Shown here: piece by piece, positions 9,157 through 22,100 of the stretch
How positions within the stretch are numbered: position 1 is the first letter of the stretch
How the letters are laid out: each line of letters starts with the position of its first letter
Source of the DNA: a virus
Lineage: Duplodnaviria; Caudoviricetes
Length of the DNA: 48,511 nucleotides
Virus record (IMG/VR): IMGVR_UViG_3300033153_006068
Span: 1 to 48,511 of that record
Strand: one strand, 5' to 3'
Program-made: the position numbers and the translations under genes
The notes under the pieces: model-generated
The model's database searches: none
What the model was told of the DNA's origin: nothing
What the model saw: only the letters and a program-made list of their open reading frames with translations

Positions 9157-9937
9157 CCTTCCGTCACCCCCTGAGCAGGAAGGAACGCACACCCCGTTCA
9201 TCACAAATATCAATGGTGAGGATGTGCTGTTCTTCAGCGCGTACCAAAATAGAAAGTATGTGATGTTCATGCAGAGGCCAGCACTACCTGCCGCCAAGAT
9301 AATCGTTGCAGGTAAGTCAATGTGCGCCCCATGGGTGATTCCATATCGAAACGGGTACCGTATGTACGCAACCGTGCTGGCAGCTAATGGTAATTACGAG
9401 ATATGGACGTTTCTTCAGTCTCCAGACCCAGAGGTGATACCTTGGTCTTGTGAGCATAAACTGAAGATACCAATAGCGCCAAACGCCACCTCTCCATGCG
9501 TCATTAAAATGGAAGATGGCAGCTATACCATGTTCTTTACCGTGACAGATGATGCAATATCGCAGCTTGAGGGTAAATTATATAAGGCCAAATCCGATGA
9601 CGGTGTGACCTTTAGGGGTTATGAAGAAATTTCACTACCACAGGGAGGTCTCACTGGTAGCGGGTTCTTTAAGCCAAACATATTATTTATCGACGGCAGA
9701 TGGGTGATGTTTATCTCAGAGCTTTCTAGCGAGAAGCGATGGTATGCGACAATATATGAAAGCGGTGACCTTGAGTCGTGGAGATTTATTAAGCATATCG
9801 TGTCACCAGACCCGAGGTATCAGTTCTACAAGCCGGTGGTATACGAGGACTGCATGGCTATAGTCAGGAAGAATCCTAACGGCCACACGGTAATACAATT
9901 TAGCGACCTCGACCCAAACCTTCTTCATAGGGAGTAA
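9119..9937 (+). CDS. Putative beta-propeller (glycoside hydrolase-like) protein; start uncertain (9119 or 9131)
   Basis: Repeating blades P-hydrophobic...Y/W-x-M-Y/F (APWVI..YRMY, SPCVI..YTMF, KPNIL..WVMF) plus Asp-box-like SDDGVTF and SGDLESW. Confidence 0.5.
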   Translation: MTKTMSACRLSGDLPSPPEQEGTHTPFITNINGEDVLFFSAYQNRKYVMFMQRPALPAAKIIVAGKSMCAPWVIPYRNGYRMYATVLAANGNYEIWTFLQSPDPEVIPWSCEHKLKIPIAPNATSPCVIKMEDGSYTMFFTVTDDAISQLEGKLYKAKSDDGVTFRGYEEISLPQGGLTGSGFFKPNILFIDGRWVMFISELSSEKRWYATIYESGDLESWRFIKHIVSPDPRYQFYKPVVYEDCMAIVRKNPNGHTVIQFSDLDPNLLHRE

Positions 9938-9942
9938 CTGAA

Positions 9943-11922
9943 ATGCCAACAAATTTAGACTTAACGGGCTTTTTGGGTGGTGCGAATTTTCTTAATTTAT
10001 ATCCACCATCGCATCCAGAAATTACCGGATTCAATGACGGTATAAGTGTTGCATCTACCTACGCCAATGAGGCCTTAACGAGTGCAGACTTATTCCTGCA
10101 GCAGCTGGCTGCACTAGCAACCAGTGTAGAGGCGTTGCCGGATATAACGGTAGAGATTGGTGAAGTCGAAAAGCTGATCACACCAATTACCATTCCTGAT
10201 GACCCGAATAGACCAGATGGTCTCGACTTCCAAATACCGGGCCAGCCGCTGGAACCGACACTTCAGGATGTTGCTGTTCCAGTATTGCCAGAGGCACCGG
10301 AGTTCACAGCAGCCAAACCGGAGCTAAGCTATCCGGCAACACCAGATCAGCTGGATGCACAGGTACCCGCCAGTCCAGATATTCTCGATGTTAATCTGCC
10401 AGCATCGCCGGATGTCGTATTGCCGGTCGAGCCAGCGCTACTAAACATTGATATACCGGCTGCCCCATCTCTCGATATCCCAACATTTGAGTTCATCGCA
10501 CCGAGCGCGCCTGACAGCCCAAACATTTCCGAGTTCTCATTCACCGAGCCAGAGTATGTGTCCAACCTGCTCACCGCGCTGCAGACCCAACTCCTTGGCT
10601 GGGTGAATGGTGCATCTACCGGACTCGCACCTGATGTAGAGCAGGCACTGTTTGACCGTGGCCGCTCGCGAGAGGATATGGCATCACTGCGTGAGGGCGA
10701 GGAGGTTCGACGCAACTTCGCCAGCAGCGGCTTTCCGTACCCCCCGGGCGCGATGCACCTTGCGTTGCAGGATGCGGCTCGGCAGGCAGCCGATAAGGTT
10801 AGTGCCATCAACCGCGAGATCACCATCAAGGTGGCTGAGCTGGAACAGCAGAATCGGCAGTTTGCTGTCGAGCGTTCCGTTCAATTTGAAGGCGTGCTGA
10901 TTGAACGCGCCAACGGCATCGCTAATCGTGCACTGGAGGCGGCTAAGACTACCGTCACCATAGCTATCGAACTGTATCAGACTATAGTGGCACGATACCA
11001 AGCAGAGCTGGAAGGATTCAAGGTTCAGGCTCTCGTGTTTGAGACTCGATTAAAAGCCGCTTTAGCTCAGCTGGACATCTACCGCTCAGAGCTGGAGGGG
11101 GCAAAGCTGGTTGGTGAATTAAATGTGCAATCTGTTGAGATTTATCGCACAAGAATCTCAGCTGTTGTTGCTCTGATTGAGAAGTACAAAGCTGAGCTAT
11201 CTGGCGCGGAGATCACCTCCAATATTAACCGAAATATTATCGGTCGCTTTGCTGAGGAGGTGAGAGCCTACGGTGTTCAGGTAGACGCCAAGGCTCGCGA
11301 GTACGATGCCTACGCCACACAGATTCAGGGGGAGGTTGCCAAGGTTGAGGTGTTTAGTGCCGAGGCTGACGCTTACCGCTCGCAGATTGGTGGGTACGAG
11401 TCGCTGGTTAATGCCCGTATCGGTGAGAAGGATCTGGAGTTTAAGATTAAGCAGCAGAACCCACTCGCTGTTTATAACGCTCAGGTTGCATCCTTCCAGT
11501 CACTGGTTGGGGCCGAGGCCTCTCGCGTTGAATCGTTGGCAACGGTATACGACTCCGATATCAAGAAGTATGGCGCTCAGATTGATGGTGAGGTGCAGCG
11601 CAACCGCTCAGATATCGAGGAATACAAGATGCGTGGCGCACTTCTGATGGAGGAGGCTAGAGTCACCATTCAGTCACTCACTGCCAACCTGCAGCGACTG
11701 GTGTCTATTACCGGCCTAGCCACAGAAATCTCCAAAGCTGGTGGGGCTATCTCTGCCCAGCTGGCGGCGAGCGCGATGTCGATGCTTAACTTCAGTCACA
11801 ACGTGTCACAGTCAGAGTCATCCGGTTACAGCACCAGCTACAGTGCGAATGAGTCAAATAGCTCGTCCTCTCAGGTCGGCGAGAGCGAATCTACAACCCA
11901 CTCTTACAGTTATGACCGGTAA
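9943..11922 (+). CDS. Putative internal virion/ejection protein
   Basis: Pro-rich N-half, long Ala/Glu/Gln helical coiled-coil, Ser-rich tail; position before the giant protein. Confidence 0.55.
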   Translation: MPTNLDLTGFLGGANFLNLYPPSHPEITGFNDGISVASTYANEALTSADLFLQQLAALATSVEALPDITVEIGEVEKLITPITIPDDPNRPDGLDFQIPGQPLEPTLQDVAVPVLPEAPEFTAAKPELSYPATPDQLDAQVPASPDILDVNLPASPDVVLPVEPALLNIDIPAAPSLDIPTFEFIAPSAPDSPNISEFSFTEPEYVSNLLTALQTQLLGWVNGASTGLAPDVEQALFDRGRSREDMASLREGEEVRRNFASSGFPYPPGAMHLALQDAARQAADKVSAINREITIKVAELEQQNRQFAVERSVQFEGVLIERANGIANRALEAAKTTVTIAIELYQTIVARYQAELEGFKVQALVFETRLKAALAQLDIYRSELEGAKLVGELNVQSVEIYRTRISAVVALIEKYKAELSGAEITSNINRNIIGRFAEEVRAYGVQVDAKAREYDAYATQIQGEVAKVEVFSAEADAYRSQIGGYESLVNARIGEKDLEFKIKQQNPLAVYNAQVASFQSLVGAEASRVESLATVYDSDIKKYGAQIDGEVQRNRSDIEEYKMRGALLMEEARVTIQSLTANLQRLVSITGLATEISKAGGAISAQLAASAMSMLNFSHNVSQSESSGYSTSYSANESNSSSSQVGESESTTHSYSYDR

Positions 11923-11955
11923 TTAGAGTAGAATAAGCAAAACAGGAGAGCAGTC

Positions 11956-13104
11956 ATGGCAGCGATACTTGAAGAGAAAGAGAAGGAGGCGGGGGTCGCA
12001 GGCCCATCACAACCAGCCGCTTCGACCCTGTCATCAAGACTGGGAAAGGCGCAGGCTGGTGCTGAGCGTGGAATGAGTCGAATACGCAAAACCCTTGGCG
12101 TACCAGAGGGTGGATTTAATTCTCGACTAAATTTACCCAAAAGATCGCAGACCGTAGCCATGGTGGGCAACGATCAGAAAGCCACACCACCGGTTGCCAG
12201 CGGCACGATTGATCGAACAACCATTGGCAGCTTTCCAGAGGGAGTGAAATCAAAGGCCGCCCCCGCTGCCCCATCCTCGGCGGCAGCTCCTGCCGCAGCC
12301 AAACCAAAAGGGCTCGTCACAAACCTGTGGTCTCCGTCACCTATGGCGATGAAGAATATGGGCGGTGGTAATGCCGCTCAGGGTAATGCGACGTTTGCCT
12401 CTGGTCAGGGTCAGCCTGAAGCTCAGTCCATGTACCAGTGGACTCAGAACATCGGCAAGGATGTGCAGCGTGTGATGCTCCCGACCGGAGTAAACCCAGA
12501 CCAGCTGACACCGGACGGGCTCAGTGCCTTTGGCGTACAGACAGAGCAGATGACCGGAGAGGGTGGCGATGATGGTCGCGATGTCACCGTGATTCGCGGC
12601 CTGCGGAAATTCAAGGGCGGTAAAGAAATCAAGGACGACATGACTGATGAGCGCAAGATGCGGCAAGGGGTTAGTAGCGCCATCTCCGATCTCGCCATGG
12701 CGGGTGATAGAAATGTAGACCAAGGCGCAATCGGTAGCGTGATCACTCAGATGGGTAAGAGCCAGACTGATGAGAGGGCTGCTGCTGCTACTGCCGACGC
12801 CACCAAAGCAAAGGCATTAATTGATGCCATGAAAGAGTCTGGGACATCCACTAAAAGTGGCTCATTTAAGCTGACCACAAGGGGTATTGCTGGCGATACT
12901 TCTGGTGTAGATATTCCATGGACTTCATCGGATGGTGGTAGAACCATGAGGTACAGTGCGCCCGGAATCGCGATCACCACCTATGATGGTATCCTCGCGT
13001 TACCGAAAGGGGTGAAAGAGGGATCTCCGGCAGCGCAAGAGATGATGGTACTTAAAGATACGCTGTACGCTGCATTACTAGAACAACTAAAAGCAGATAA
13101 ATAA
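11956..13104 (+). CDS. Putative internal virion/ejection protein
   Basis: AGGAG RBS; low-complexity Ala/Gly/Met-rich 382-aa protein. Confidence 0.5.
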   Translation: MAAILEEKEKEAGVAGPSQPAASTLSSRLGKAQAGAERGMSRIRKTLGVPEGGFNSRLNLPKRSQTVAMVGNDQKATPPVASGTIDRTTIGSFPEGVKSKAAPAAPSSAAAPAAAKPKGLVTNLWSPSPMAMKNMGGGNAAQGNATFASGQGQPEAQSMYQWTQNIGKDVQRVMLPTGVNPDQLTPDGLSAFGVQTEQMTGEGGDDGRDVTVIRGLRKFKGGKEIKDDMTDERKMRQGVSSAISDLAMAGDRNVDQGAIGSVITQMGKSQTDERAAAATADATKAKALIDAMKESGTSTKSGSFKLTTRGIAGDTSGVDIPWTSSDGGRTMRYSAPGIAITTYDGILALPKGVKEGSPAAQEMMVLKDTLYAALLEQLKADK

Positions 13105-13119
13105 TCAGGAGATAACAAC

Positions 13120-16100
13120 ATGCCTACCCACCCGCCCATCATTAGCTTACTTGGGTCTGAAGAGGAGGATAAGGAGCAGCAGCTGACACAACCGCTCGGA
13201 GAAGATACTCCGCAGGCTGCTGGCCCCATCTCATCTATTGCCAACCTCGCGCCGCAAGCAGGCGACGAGGAGCCCGGCATCATCCCATCCCTTGGCAAGG
13301 GCTTTGCTCATGGTGTTACCGGTCTGGCAGAGTCTGTTGGTACCGGTATCGAATACCTCGGCGGCAAATTCGACAACCAAGACATGATCGACCTCGGTGA
13401 TACCATCGAGTCGTACTGGCAAGACTTCAACGAAAAGAACTTCGAAGCCCACGAGTCTCTGCAGGGGTCTATCTACGACCGAGAGGATGGCTGGGATACC
13501 GAGCTACTCACCAAGGGCGCGTGGTGGGCTTACAACGTGGCCAGCATCATCCCCAGCTTCGCCGCCTCGATGATCCCGGGCGCAGCTGTCGCCAAGGGTG
13601 CCGCCGCTCTCAGTATCGGTGCGAAGGTGCTTAAGTGGACACCCTCCGTTGCTTCCAAGATGGGCCGCCTTGGCAGGTTCATGCCACACACCGCTGAAGC
13701 CGTTAATCGCGGCATCGGCGCTGCAGCTGGTGGTTTCACTGGAGGCACACTTGAGGGAGCCAATACCTACAATGAGGTAATGGAGAAAGGGGGTACACGC
13801 GAAGAGGCAGAGGCAGCCGCTGAGCAGATGACAGCCGCCACCATGGCGCTCAATATGCTGTCCATAAACCAGATGCTAAAGAAGATGCCGCCCGGGCTGC
13901 TTAGCAACGCCGCACGACGCATCGTCAACGGCCTCACCGAGGGTATTACCGAGTGGCTTGAGGGGCCAGCAGAAGCTGGCATCATGTTACGCGCAGCCGG
14001 TAAGGATGGGTCTGATATTCGATTCACCCCAGAGGAAGCGGTTAAGAAAATCTACGATGAACTAAATGTCCTGCCACCGTCAGTTATCACCGGCATGATG
14101 TTTGGTGGTGGTGGGCCAGCCAGCGTTGAGCAGGGTAGGGATAAAGGCCCACTCGGCACCGCTGCAGATAAGATAGCCGGCAAGATGCTACCACTTAGTG
14201 AGGATGGTGCAGTCCGTCGCGCTGAGATGCTCACAAGGCAAGGCCAGCCGCACAGCGTAGTACCCCACCCGCAGGCTACTGGTAAATTCGCCGTAGTGCC
14301 TATTGATGAGGATCTGTTTGCTGAGCAGGAGATGGCTGAGCAAGAGCCTACCGAGGTAACCACCAACAAGCAGGTTGATGACGCTGCCCATGAAGCTGCC
14401 ACCTCGCCAGAGAATGACCTCGAGGTCACGCAGGAGCAGCTGGAGTCCGGCGACTACCCAAAGGGTCGCTTCACTATGGGTGGCGATACCTTCTCTATCG
14501 AGAACCCAGAGGGCTCAATCCGCAAGGGTATTGATGAGACCGGTAAGGAGTGGGAGCAGGAGATCACCCATCACTACGGTGACTGGGACGGAACCATCGG
14601 AGCTGACGGTGACCCCATTGATGTCTTCTTTGGGCGTAACCCAAAGTCCAAAAAAGCCTTCGTGGTCAATCAGGTCAACCCAAATACCGGTGAGTTCGAT
14701 GAACATAAGGTGATGAGGGCATTTGACTCCAAGGAGGAGGCTGAGACTGCGTACCTATCGAACTACGAGGATGGCTGGCAGGGTCTCGGTAATATCGTTG
14801 AGGCGTCCGTTGAGGAGGTCAGGAAGTGGGCCGAGAGCGGAGACACCAGCAAGCCATTCACCCTTGGTGAGGGGGTCAAGAAGTTCGACATGGCTCCAGC
14901 GGAATGGACAAAAGAGTCCGTTGCTGTTGACGAAGGGGGTGAGCTTCTCACTATGTATCACGGCTCGAAGTCCACAGAACAGATCAATGAATTTGATCCT
15001 GAGATGGACTTCTTCGGCCAAGGATTTACATGGTTTACCCCATCAAAGCAGTACGCTAATCGTTACGCTATGCGTGGTTTCAAGGGTAGTGAGACCGGTA
15101 TTGCTGTCGGAAAGAAGAAGGGTCACGTTGTACCGGTAAACCTCAACATCAAGAACCCACTGTACGGAACATCAGACAAAGCGAGGCAGCTGAGGAGTGA
15201 GTTGCAAAATACAGACGCTAAGTTCAAGGACATCCTGCTACGCGAGGGATATGACGCATACATTCCATTCGAGAAGGAAGGCACCCCTATTAGCAAGGCA
15301 AACGAGGTTGCCATTCTCGATCAAACTGCCGTGTGGTCTACCAAGGCAGATCGGCAGATGCTCAAAAAATTCGACCAGAAAGGAGAGTATTCTGAAGTAC
15401 CGGAGCAGGCCGAGTCGGCCCCAGACTACCTATCCAAAACCGGACGCGATGGAGAGGTTAAGCGATTCGACTCCCATACCGAGTATGCTGGGCCTGAACC
15501 GATAAAGCTCGGGAAGAAAAAGAAAGACCCCAAGGCTGCCAAATTCAACAAGGACTTCGAGAAGCTCGGAGACCGCAATCCGTTCATGCCCAGTGAGATG
15601 GTCATCATGAACCCCGGGGGCGCTCACGAAGAGTCCGGTGCCGCCATCGAGGCCGGGGTGCGTTGGGGTGAGCTTCACATCGCATCCATCCGTTCCTTCC
15701 GTCGTGGCGAAGGCAATGCCTCCTACGCACTCAACAAGGTGCTGGAGCTGGCAGACAAGCACGGCCTAACGATCAACATGACTCCATCCCCATTTGGCAA
15801 GGGTACCAACCTCGAAGAGATGCCCGGTGGCAAGATGCTCACCAAGAAGCAACTCGAGAAGTGGTACGGTCGTCACGGTTTCGTGAAGGGTGACGAGCCC
15901 GGTAAATTCAGCCAGATGATTCGTGAGCCGCAGGGCAAGCTCAAAAAGTTCGATATGGCTCCGCCGGATGTAACCGAGGAGCCGTACCGCAACACAGATG
16001 GCAGCTACAGGAAGAACCAGAAGGGCGACATTACTGGAGCGCCAAAAGGCGTGAAGGATGATTCCGGTATTGCTGCCATCGTGATGAAGAATGTTAAACG

Positions 16101-19100
16101 CCTTATAGGTATGTATAAGGCTGACTCTGACCGAGCCAAGGCGTCAGCTAACTGGTACGAAGTTATTGGGGCAGAGCTAAGGAGATTGAGTAAAGACCCA
16201 GCAATACTCGAAAAAATGATACGAATGCTGGCCAGATTCTCAGCTAATGCACAGGTAGGGACAAACCTCACGTTCACCATGAAAGGAGCGTACCAACTCG
16301 TCCGTGGCGAGGAGGTCATGACCGGTAGATTCCCCAGCAAGATGCGCCCCGAAATAAAGGCCATTCTCGAAGCCGATGAATTTAATAAAAACTTAGCCGG
16401 CGTTAAAGACAAGGTGATGAATTTCTATCGCAACCTGTACGACGCCACCTTCCAGACAGATAAATATGAAGATGCCATCACTATGGATATGTGGATGGCC
16501 AAGCTGTACGAGTACAAAGCCAACGCAAAGAACGAATATAAGCTGGGTGATGCTCAGTACCGGTTCGCCAACATGCTAACCGATATGATCACCGCTGAGT
16601 TCAATAAGGAAACTGGCAGGTCATTGTCGCGTCGCCAGATACAGGCGGCTCTATGGGGTTTTGCTCGTGACGCCGAGGACTCGGCAAAGGGTAAGCGTCG
16701 GCGCAACATCCTCAGTTTCGCAACCTACATAAGGAGAGCGACAGCTCATATAACAGCTGAAGCTGTAACCTCTAAAAAAGCTCCGTTCTTCAGAACCATC
16801 CATAAGGCACCAATCGGTATCCGAAAGGCGTACACCAATGCCGCCATGGCGGTGACTATGGATGGAGAGAGAGACCTGCTGCTGGAGGCAATAGCTGGCA
16901 TACCCTTGTATGGCAGCGAGGACAGCATGGGAACCTTTGAGGAGTCGGTTAACCCCAACAGGGTCATCGACGTAGTGATGGACAAGGATGACGGCATTTA
17001 TAACCGCGATGACGTTAGCCTTTATGCGCTGGCTATGATGTATATCCATAGTCAGGATGCTGTGCCGTGGTTCAGGTTCACTACCGACGCCGCAATCATG
17101 AAGGTACCCACGGGTGGGAGCTGGTACCACGGGGTAACTATTGGGTTTACTGCGAAGCCGGATGCGGCAACAGTGGAATTGTTCTATACTCATCTGCGAG
17201 AGCATGTGCAAGGTGCAGAATTTTCCGTAATCGGCAATGATGCGGTAGTAGTCAATTATGGCAGGGTGAACAATAAGAAGTTCATCAAGGACATAAAGGA
17301 CGCCGCTGAGACATTTAACTTTGGAGGTATTAAAAATGGCTTCACAGAGATCACAAAAATCAAAGCAGAGAGCGAATACAACGGCATCAAAGAAGACTTC
17401 GGATCAAGCTGGGCAACCCCAGAAGAAGCGATTGCGATCCTTGAGCGTGAGATCCTCAAAAGAAACCGACCCGATATTCTCGAGCGAGTTCGCGGTTGGC
17501 GGGGTGATGTTGGAAAAGTCCAATCCCGATTCGAGCGAGGAGACCTCAAAAGCTACAAAGTAGCAGCTGGTGCTACAAAGAGCTTCAAAACCATCCTCTC
17601 TGAGCGTCGCGCAGCGCAGGCGAAGCTCGGGTATGTACTCGCTAATAATATGCGAGAGATGCCTCGGTTGCTGGAACAGAATGACTGGAAGCCGGCGATC
17701 ACCGACTACACCGACATTGGCGAGTCGGAACACCAACCATTCCTCCGTATGTACGAGGATGTCACCACGCGCACCAGTATAAATTACCTTGATTTTTCTA
17801 CTGAGACATATCGTCAAGCTGATACGGATGAGTCCAAGGTAATCACCGCAGCTATACGCGACCTGATGGACGTTGGCCTGCCAGCCCGGGCGCTACAGTT
17901 TGTTAAAGAGATCGGGATATTTGATGTTAATATCGACAACCCTACCGGAGCCTCATTCGTACCAATGCAAACGGTTCCCAATGTTGGTGAATTCGTTAAT
18001 AGCGTGTGGATAAACTCCAATACGATTGATGTGGTCATGAAGACAAAAGACCCAACAGCCTCCAAGGGGCTGCGCTCGCATTTAATACATGAAATAGGTC
18101 ATGCCATCGATGTTGGCTCAGACCCAGATAAACTAAGCCACACCAGAGACAGTCGCCTATTCCGCATCAACCCGTGGGGCTATCACCGTAAATTAGATTA
18201 CAGTAGCCCGATAGGGTACAAGCTGGTGTTCAAGGGTAAGCCGTTTGGGCCGGTAATGATGGAGGCCGTTGAGTTCTTCCAGTCAGACGAGGCTAAGCAA
18301 AACGGTATGCAGGATTTACTCGCCTACCCACTCGTCAGTCTATACAAGGGTGACGGTAACGGTACGCTCATGATTGGCTCAAAGGCCAAGATTGATGGCG
18401 AGCTTGTAGAAATCACTGAGACCTTTAGGGGGGAGCACCCGTTCCATGCTGCGAACTTTGAAGATCAGGTAACAGCCGAAGTATGGAGAATACAGGGCGA
18501 GCTATTCGCTCAACTCCACGACATCTTTTATACCATGCCAGAGGAGATGGCCAAACACCTCCCGAAAGGCTACGCACTAATGCAGGAGGTACAGAATGCC
18601 ACAGCTCAAGAAGCGACCCTTACTGGACTTAATCGAAGGCTACGAGAAATCCTTCGGACACCAAGTACCAAACTCAGCCCTAACTGGACTCAGCAACGAT
18701 TCTGGCCTACGAAGCCAGCTGACAAAAGCGTTGAAGGACAACGAGCCGGTGAAGGAGTGGAAGCAGCACAGCGAGTCGCCAGTGCAGTACCCGAGCAAGG
18801 CGTTACCGGTGAGCAAGGGGCTGAGCAGTGGGCAGGCGACACGGTCGTAAGAGATAAGGACGGCAGCCTGCTCGAGGTTTACCACGGCACCGATGCTGAC
18901 TTCGATGTAATGGAGGCTCGTGAGCCAGACACATTTGCCGGCAGCAAGAAAGACCTCAAGGGGATCTACTTCACTGCCGACTCAAGTAAAGCATACGCCT
19001 ACGCGAAGCCCAGCAAACGCAGGTCAGCTGGTGGCGCTAAACCGAAGGTAATCCGCGCTCACCTGAAGATACTCAAGCCGCTCAACATCACCGGCATGAT

Positions 19101-22100
19101 TAAGTATCGCCGGAAGCAAAAGGGCATGTCCTTTGGCGAGGCCAAACAGGATGCCATGCTGAAGTTCGACCCCGCTAAGTACGATGGTATCGTCTTCGAT
19201 GGTGATGCGTATAACTCGGCTGAGTACATCGTGTTCGACTCATCTCAGGTGAAATCAACTGATGGCGGTTACGACGCATCAACTCCGAATATCTGGAAAA
19301 CTCAGAACGTAAAGAACAGCCCTAGCTTTCGTAGCTGGTTCGGTAACTCCAAGGTCGTCGATAAGAACGGTGACCCGCTGGAGATATACCACGGCACCAC
19401 TCACGACTTTGATGAGTTTAGCACTACCTACGCGACCCCCGAGTCATACATGGGTGCCGGCTATTACTTCACCGACTCCGAGGAGGACGTCAACGCCAAT
19501 TACGCTGGCGAAGGGCCAGACTTAACCAATCGTATAGAGAGTGAAGCCGAGATGCTTCGCAACACCGATGACGCCCTAACTGACTTCATTGTCGAGCGAT
19601 ATGACCTCGAGTGGGATGAGGCTCAAAAGAAGCGCGAAAACATGGGTGCTGAGGAGATGGAGTGGTTCACTAAGGAACTCGCTAAGCAGCGACTTGGTGT
19701 TGAAAATCAAGGCACCGTCATGCCGGTGTTCGTCAAGATGGAGAATCCTGTAGAGATTGAGCCCAAGGGTGGCACTATGCTCATCGCTGAGTGGGATACT
19801 GACTACTACAAAGGCGACGGCATGGCCAAGGATGAGGTCGACATCGATGACTACACCGATGAGGACGGTGACATTGACGAAGGCGGATATAACGAAGCCA
19901 TCGAAGAGAAAGCTCGTGATATGTTCTTTGAGGACTACAACCCCGAGCTAACCGGTAACGCCGCAGATATGGGCAACATCATTAGGGCCGTCGCTTATGA
20001 GTATGGTGCCGATGGTGCTGCCCTACAGCAGAGCTTCATGGAAGAATTCGACTTCCCCTTCGGTATGGCGACTCGCGCCTACGACTTCTCGGAGTGGTTG
20101 CGTAGTCAGGAGGATCTCTACGACGCCGTTGACGATGAGGGCAACATCACCAGCAACGATATGCTGCGAGAGATATTCGAGCGCATGGGCTTCGATGGCG
20201 TCATTATGGATGCTGAGGCACACTTCGGCCCCCGCCAGATTAAAGGCGCTTACGGCAACGTGCTGGTACAGGGCATGGATGGGGTCTACGGCGCTAAGCA
20301 CTACGTCGCCTTCCATGGTGAGCAGATCAAGTCCTCCATCGGCAACACTGGAGACTACTCGCCCAATCCCAACATCACCATGTCCAACAAGGGCAAGAGC
20401 TTCGGTCGTGAAGCGGCTGCAGTACAGGCTGATGTCGATACCATTACCGAGGCGTGGAGCAACGCCCCGGACATCAAGACAATATCGCACCGCTCGATGC
20501 TGCCGCAGCGGCTGCAGAAGGAGGCGCTCCGTACCCGTGGCAGGGTAGAGGGTGTCTATGATAGTGAAACTAATACCGTTTACATGGTGGCTGATACGCT
20601 CCCGACTACCGCTGACGTACATCGTGTGCTGCTCCATGAGGTGTTTGGACACTGGGCGGTAGGTCAGGCTTACGGTAAGGACTTCGAGCCACTGCTGGAG
20701 CTGGTAGCCTCATCCTATGGCAATAAGCTGCAGGGTATCGCTGAGCGCCACGGGGTCTCCCTCACCACAAGAGAGGGCCGCCTCATCGCCGCACAGGAGC
20801 AGATGGCTGAGCTTGCCGAGCTGGGTACCAACCCCACTCTGCTCAACAAGCTGATACTGAAATTCAAGCAGATCCTCAACAACCTCGGCTTTAAGGTGAA
20901 GCTAACCAATGCCGACCTGAAGACCATCCTCGCTGCCGCCGGCACGATGGTGTACGAGGGCGATAGCGCCATTGCCTCTGGAAAGTTGGTGCCGGTATTC
21001 AGTCAGCAGTCCACGACCTTCTACAGCCAGATGCAGGAACACCTCGCGCAAAAGCTGCCAAACAAAGGCAAGGCCGGCCAGATGAAGCTAATGATCAACA
21101 ACATGGCCAAGAAGGGCCAATTCAAGAAGGAGGAGTTGGAGTGGTCAGGCGTTAACGAGTGGCTCGATGAGCAGACCGGTACCGTCACCAAGGATCAGGT
21201 GCTGGAGTTCCTGCGCGAGAACGCCATCGAGATCGAGGAGGTCACCCTTGGTGGCACCCCCATGGATGAAGACATCGATATGACCCTCAGTGTAGACACC
21301 TCTGAGGCCATTGTGTTTGATGGCGATACGGAAGGCCTTGCCACCTACGAGGCTGGTGATGGGTACATTTACGAGGCTCGGGGCAACCAAGACACTGGGT
21401 GGGCTTTGTACGATGAGCGCAGCAGGATTATATCCGACGAAGAGGGGCAGGTTATTGTTGATGACATCGATGACATGGAGCAGTACGCCCTCACCGAAAA
21501 CGCCAAGCGACTGCGTGAGTGGCATGGGGAGAAGGTCACCGACGATGCTGATGGCCCAGCGAAATTTGAGGGATATACCGAGAAGGGTGAGAAGTCTGGT
21601 TATCGTGAGCTGCTGCTGCGTATGCCGCCAAAGGATACCGAGACAGAAAGAAGGCCGGTCAGTCGCGCCGAAGGTGCCGAGATAATAAAGAACGGCGGCG
21701 AGCTGGATGCGTACTTTGCAGGCTCAAAAATGGTAACCGTGTCCAATCAGCATGGCTTCAATAGAATCTTGAAGCGCGAGGACATAACCGGACTGGAGCA
21801 TATCATTAAGCGGGGAAAGACCGCCGACCGATTTACCGGCGCTCACTACGATGAGCATAGCAACATCCTCGCCCATATCCGCTTTGATACCCGCACCGAC
21901 GCCGATGGCAAGAAGGTGCTGTTCATTGAGGAGGTGCAGAGCGATTGGCATCAGAAGGGGCGCGAGAAGGGGTATAAAAAGCCAGATAGCAACCTCCCAA
22001 CAAGCGCAGATGTGGTGAACGGCTACAACAAAGTGAAGCCCGTAATGAAGCAGGAGGACTACCTCGGGTTCGACGACTTACGCCAATCCATCGACGCGAT

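Noticed and set aside
9943-11922. Tape measure protein
   Set aside because: No tail tube/chaperone context or TMP-type repeats; fits an internal/ejection protein better
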